From: Lama glama
Lineage: Eukaryota
Length of the DNA: 64,000 nt
Assembly (NCBI GenBank): GCA_028534125.1
Contig: CM052816.1
Coordinates: 43,588,001 to 43,652,000 of the forward strand
Direction: 5' to 3'
The notes beneath the pieces were generated by a model, which saw only the letters and a list, made by a program, of their open reading frames with translations, was not told where the DNA came from and made no database searches. Made by a program: the position numbers and the translations under genes. Below, one piece after another: positions 62,985 through 64,000 of the stretch. How positions within the stretch are numbered: position 1 is the stretch's first letter; each line of letters starts with the position of its first letter.

Positions 62985-63305
62985 TCTCTTCAGTGTCTTC
63001 CTGTATCTTTGCACTGTTTAATGCAGACATGGCCTTTTGATGTGGTTTGGCCAAGGAAATAATGAGCAGAAGTGAGGTGTGTCATTTCCAGCAGAAACCT
63101 GCAGAGCTGGGGCAGAGTTTGCCTCTTCTCTTTCCCTCTGCACGGCAGTCAGCAAAGTTCTAGATATAGGGCGAAGGGAAGCCAGGTCACAGCTGACTTG
63201 TGACATACACACTAGTGTGCATGGGAAACAGACGTCTGTTATCGCTAGCCTTTGGTGTTTTGTGACTGTCTTTTACCCATAAAACATGGCTTTCCCTGAC
63301 AGAAA
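62985..63305 (+). mobile_element. MLT1I/J-like LTR remnant
   Basis: TTTGGCCAAGGAAATAATGAGCAGAAGTGAGGTGTGTCATTTCCAGCAGAA...CTCTTTCCCTCTGC...CCCTGACAGA. Confidence 0.6.
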
Positions 63306-63379
63306 TGTGATCTGTATCCTTGCAGCATGACCCGAAGAATGTGATTTTGCGAGCTTTGGGATGAAATTAGCTGTCATCT

Positions 63380-64000
63380 TCCTGCTACCCCATCTAGGAG
63401 CCTACTTGCCTCCACACCCATCTGTTCCTTCTTCTCTCTTTGTTGAACAGAGTGAACCTACTCTGAACAATGGCCAAGACCTCGACTTGGGCTTTGGACC
63501 CCCTCTCCTCCCAAATGTCTAATTTTGCCCTGCTTCTTAGCAGGATTTCAGTGAGGTGTCATTCCCTCCCTCATGAAGGACCCTTTACTTAGCTTCCAGG
63601 ACACTTTTCTGGCCTACTTCTGTGGTTGGCTCTTTCTTCTTTACTCACTTGTAAAATGTGTCAAAAGCAGAACTCCTATAGGTCAGCACTGAGTCCTCTT
63701 CCTGACAATCCGCACATTGTCTTCGTGTATTGAATTTTGTCCCATGACAACTATTGTTTTGAGAGTTGCTGTTTTGACATTCCCACTGAGAAATACTCAA
63801 AAAAGCCCCATTTGTATATGCTTTCTTATTTCCCACTTCAAAACATTTTTCGTGAAATTTCAGGCAGAATTTATAATGTCGTTATTTTAATTCCCTCATT
63901 TAATCCTTAAAAAAACTATTGATCATCCACAGTGTGCCAGGCACTATAATAAATGTTAGGAATATAAAAATGAATCAGATAGAATTCTCACTCTCAAAAA
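63380..64000. mobile_element. L2 fragments
   Basis: Pyrimidine-rich GGCCAAGACC...GCTTTGGACCCC and terminal ACAGTGTGCCAGGCACT...AATATAAAAATGAATCAGATAG...CTCACTCTCAA. Confidence 0.5.

Noticed and set aside
1..64000. Prokaryote-style systems (operons, CRISPR arrays, defence islands, rRNA/tRNA genes)
   Set aside because: The DNA is mammalian and repeat-rich, with no long ORFs, no regularly spaced repeat-spacer array and no recognisable structural RNA gene.

Overview
This window is AT-rich mammalian non-coding DNA (a large intron or an intergenic region), not prokaryotic sequence. I recognise no protein-coding gene, rRNA, tRNA or CRISPR array. Most ORFs in the track are chance frames or derive from repeats. 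The window is a mosaic of ancient eutherian repeats (MIR, L2, L3/CR1, MLT1/MaLR, ERVL LTR16/33/41-like, MER5A, MER94, MER46C, old L1MC/L1MD) plus one younger 5'-truncated L1. That L1's 3' UTR resembles camelid L1 as I recall it, and I see no Alu, B1/B2, Bov-tA, PRE1 or CAN SINEs, so a camelid-like laurasiatherian source is my inference. The clearest unexplained element is a ~460-bp retrocopy of an unidentified polyadenylated transcript at 29086-29547. It has an exact target-site duplication, an L1-endonuclease-type site, ATTAAA, an A-tail and a CpG-island-like 5' end. Weaker candidates are several splice-site-bounded exons (mostly minus strand), repeat-free blocks with TALE/HOX, E-box or ARE motifs, and small non-B-DNA structures. 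All repeat family names were assigned by eye from remembered consensus sequences and need Dfam/RepeatMasker confirmation. Boundaries of old repeats are approximate.
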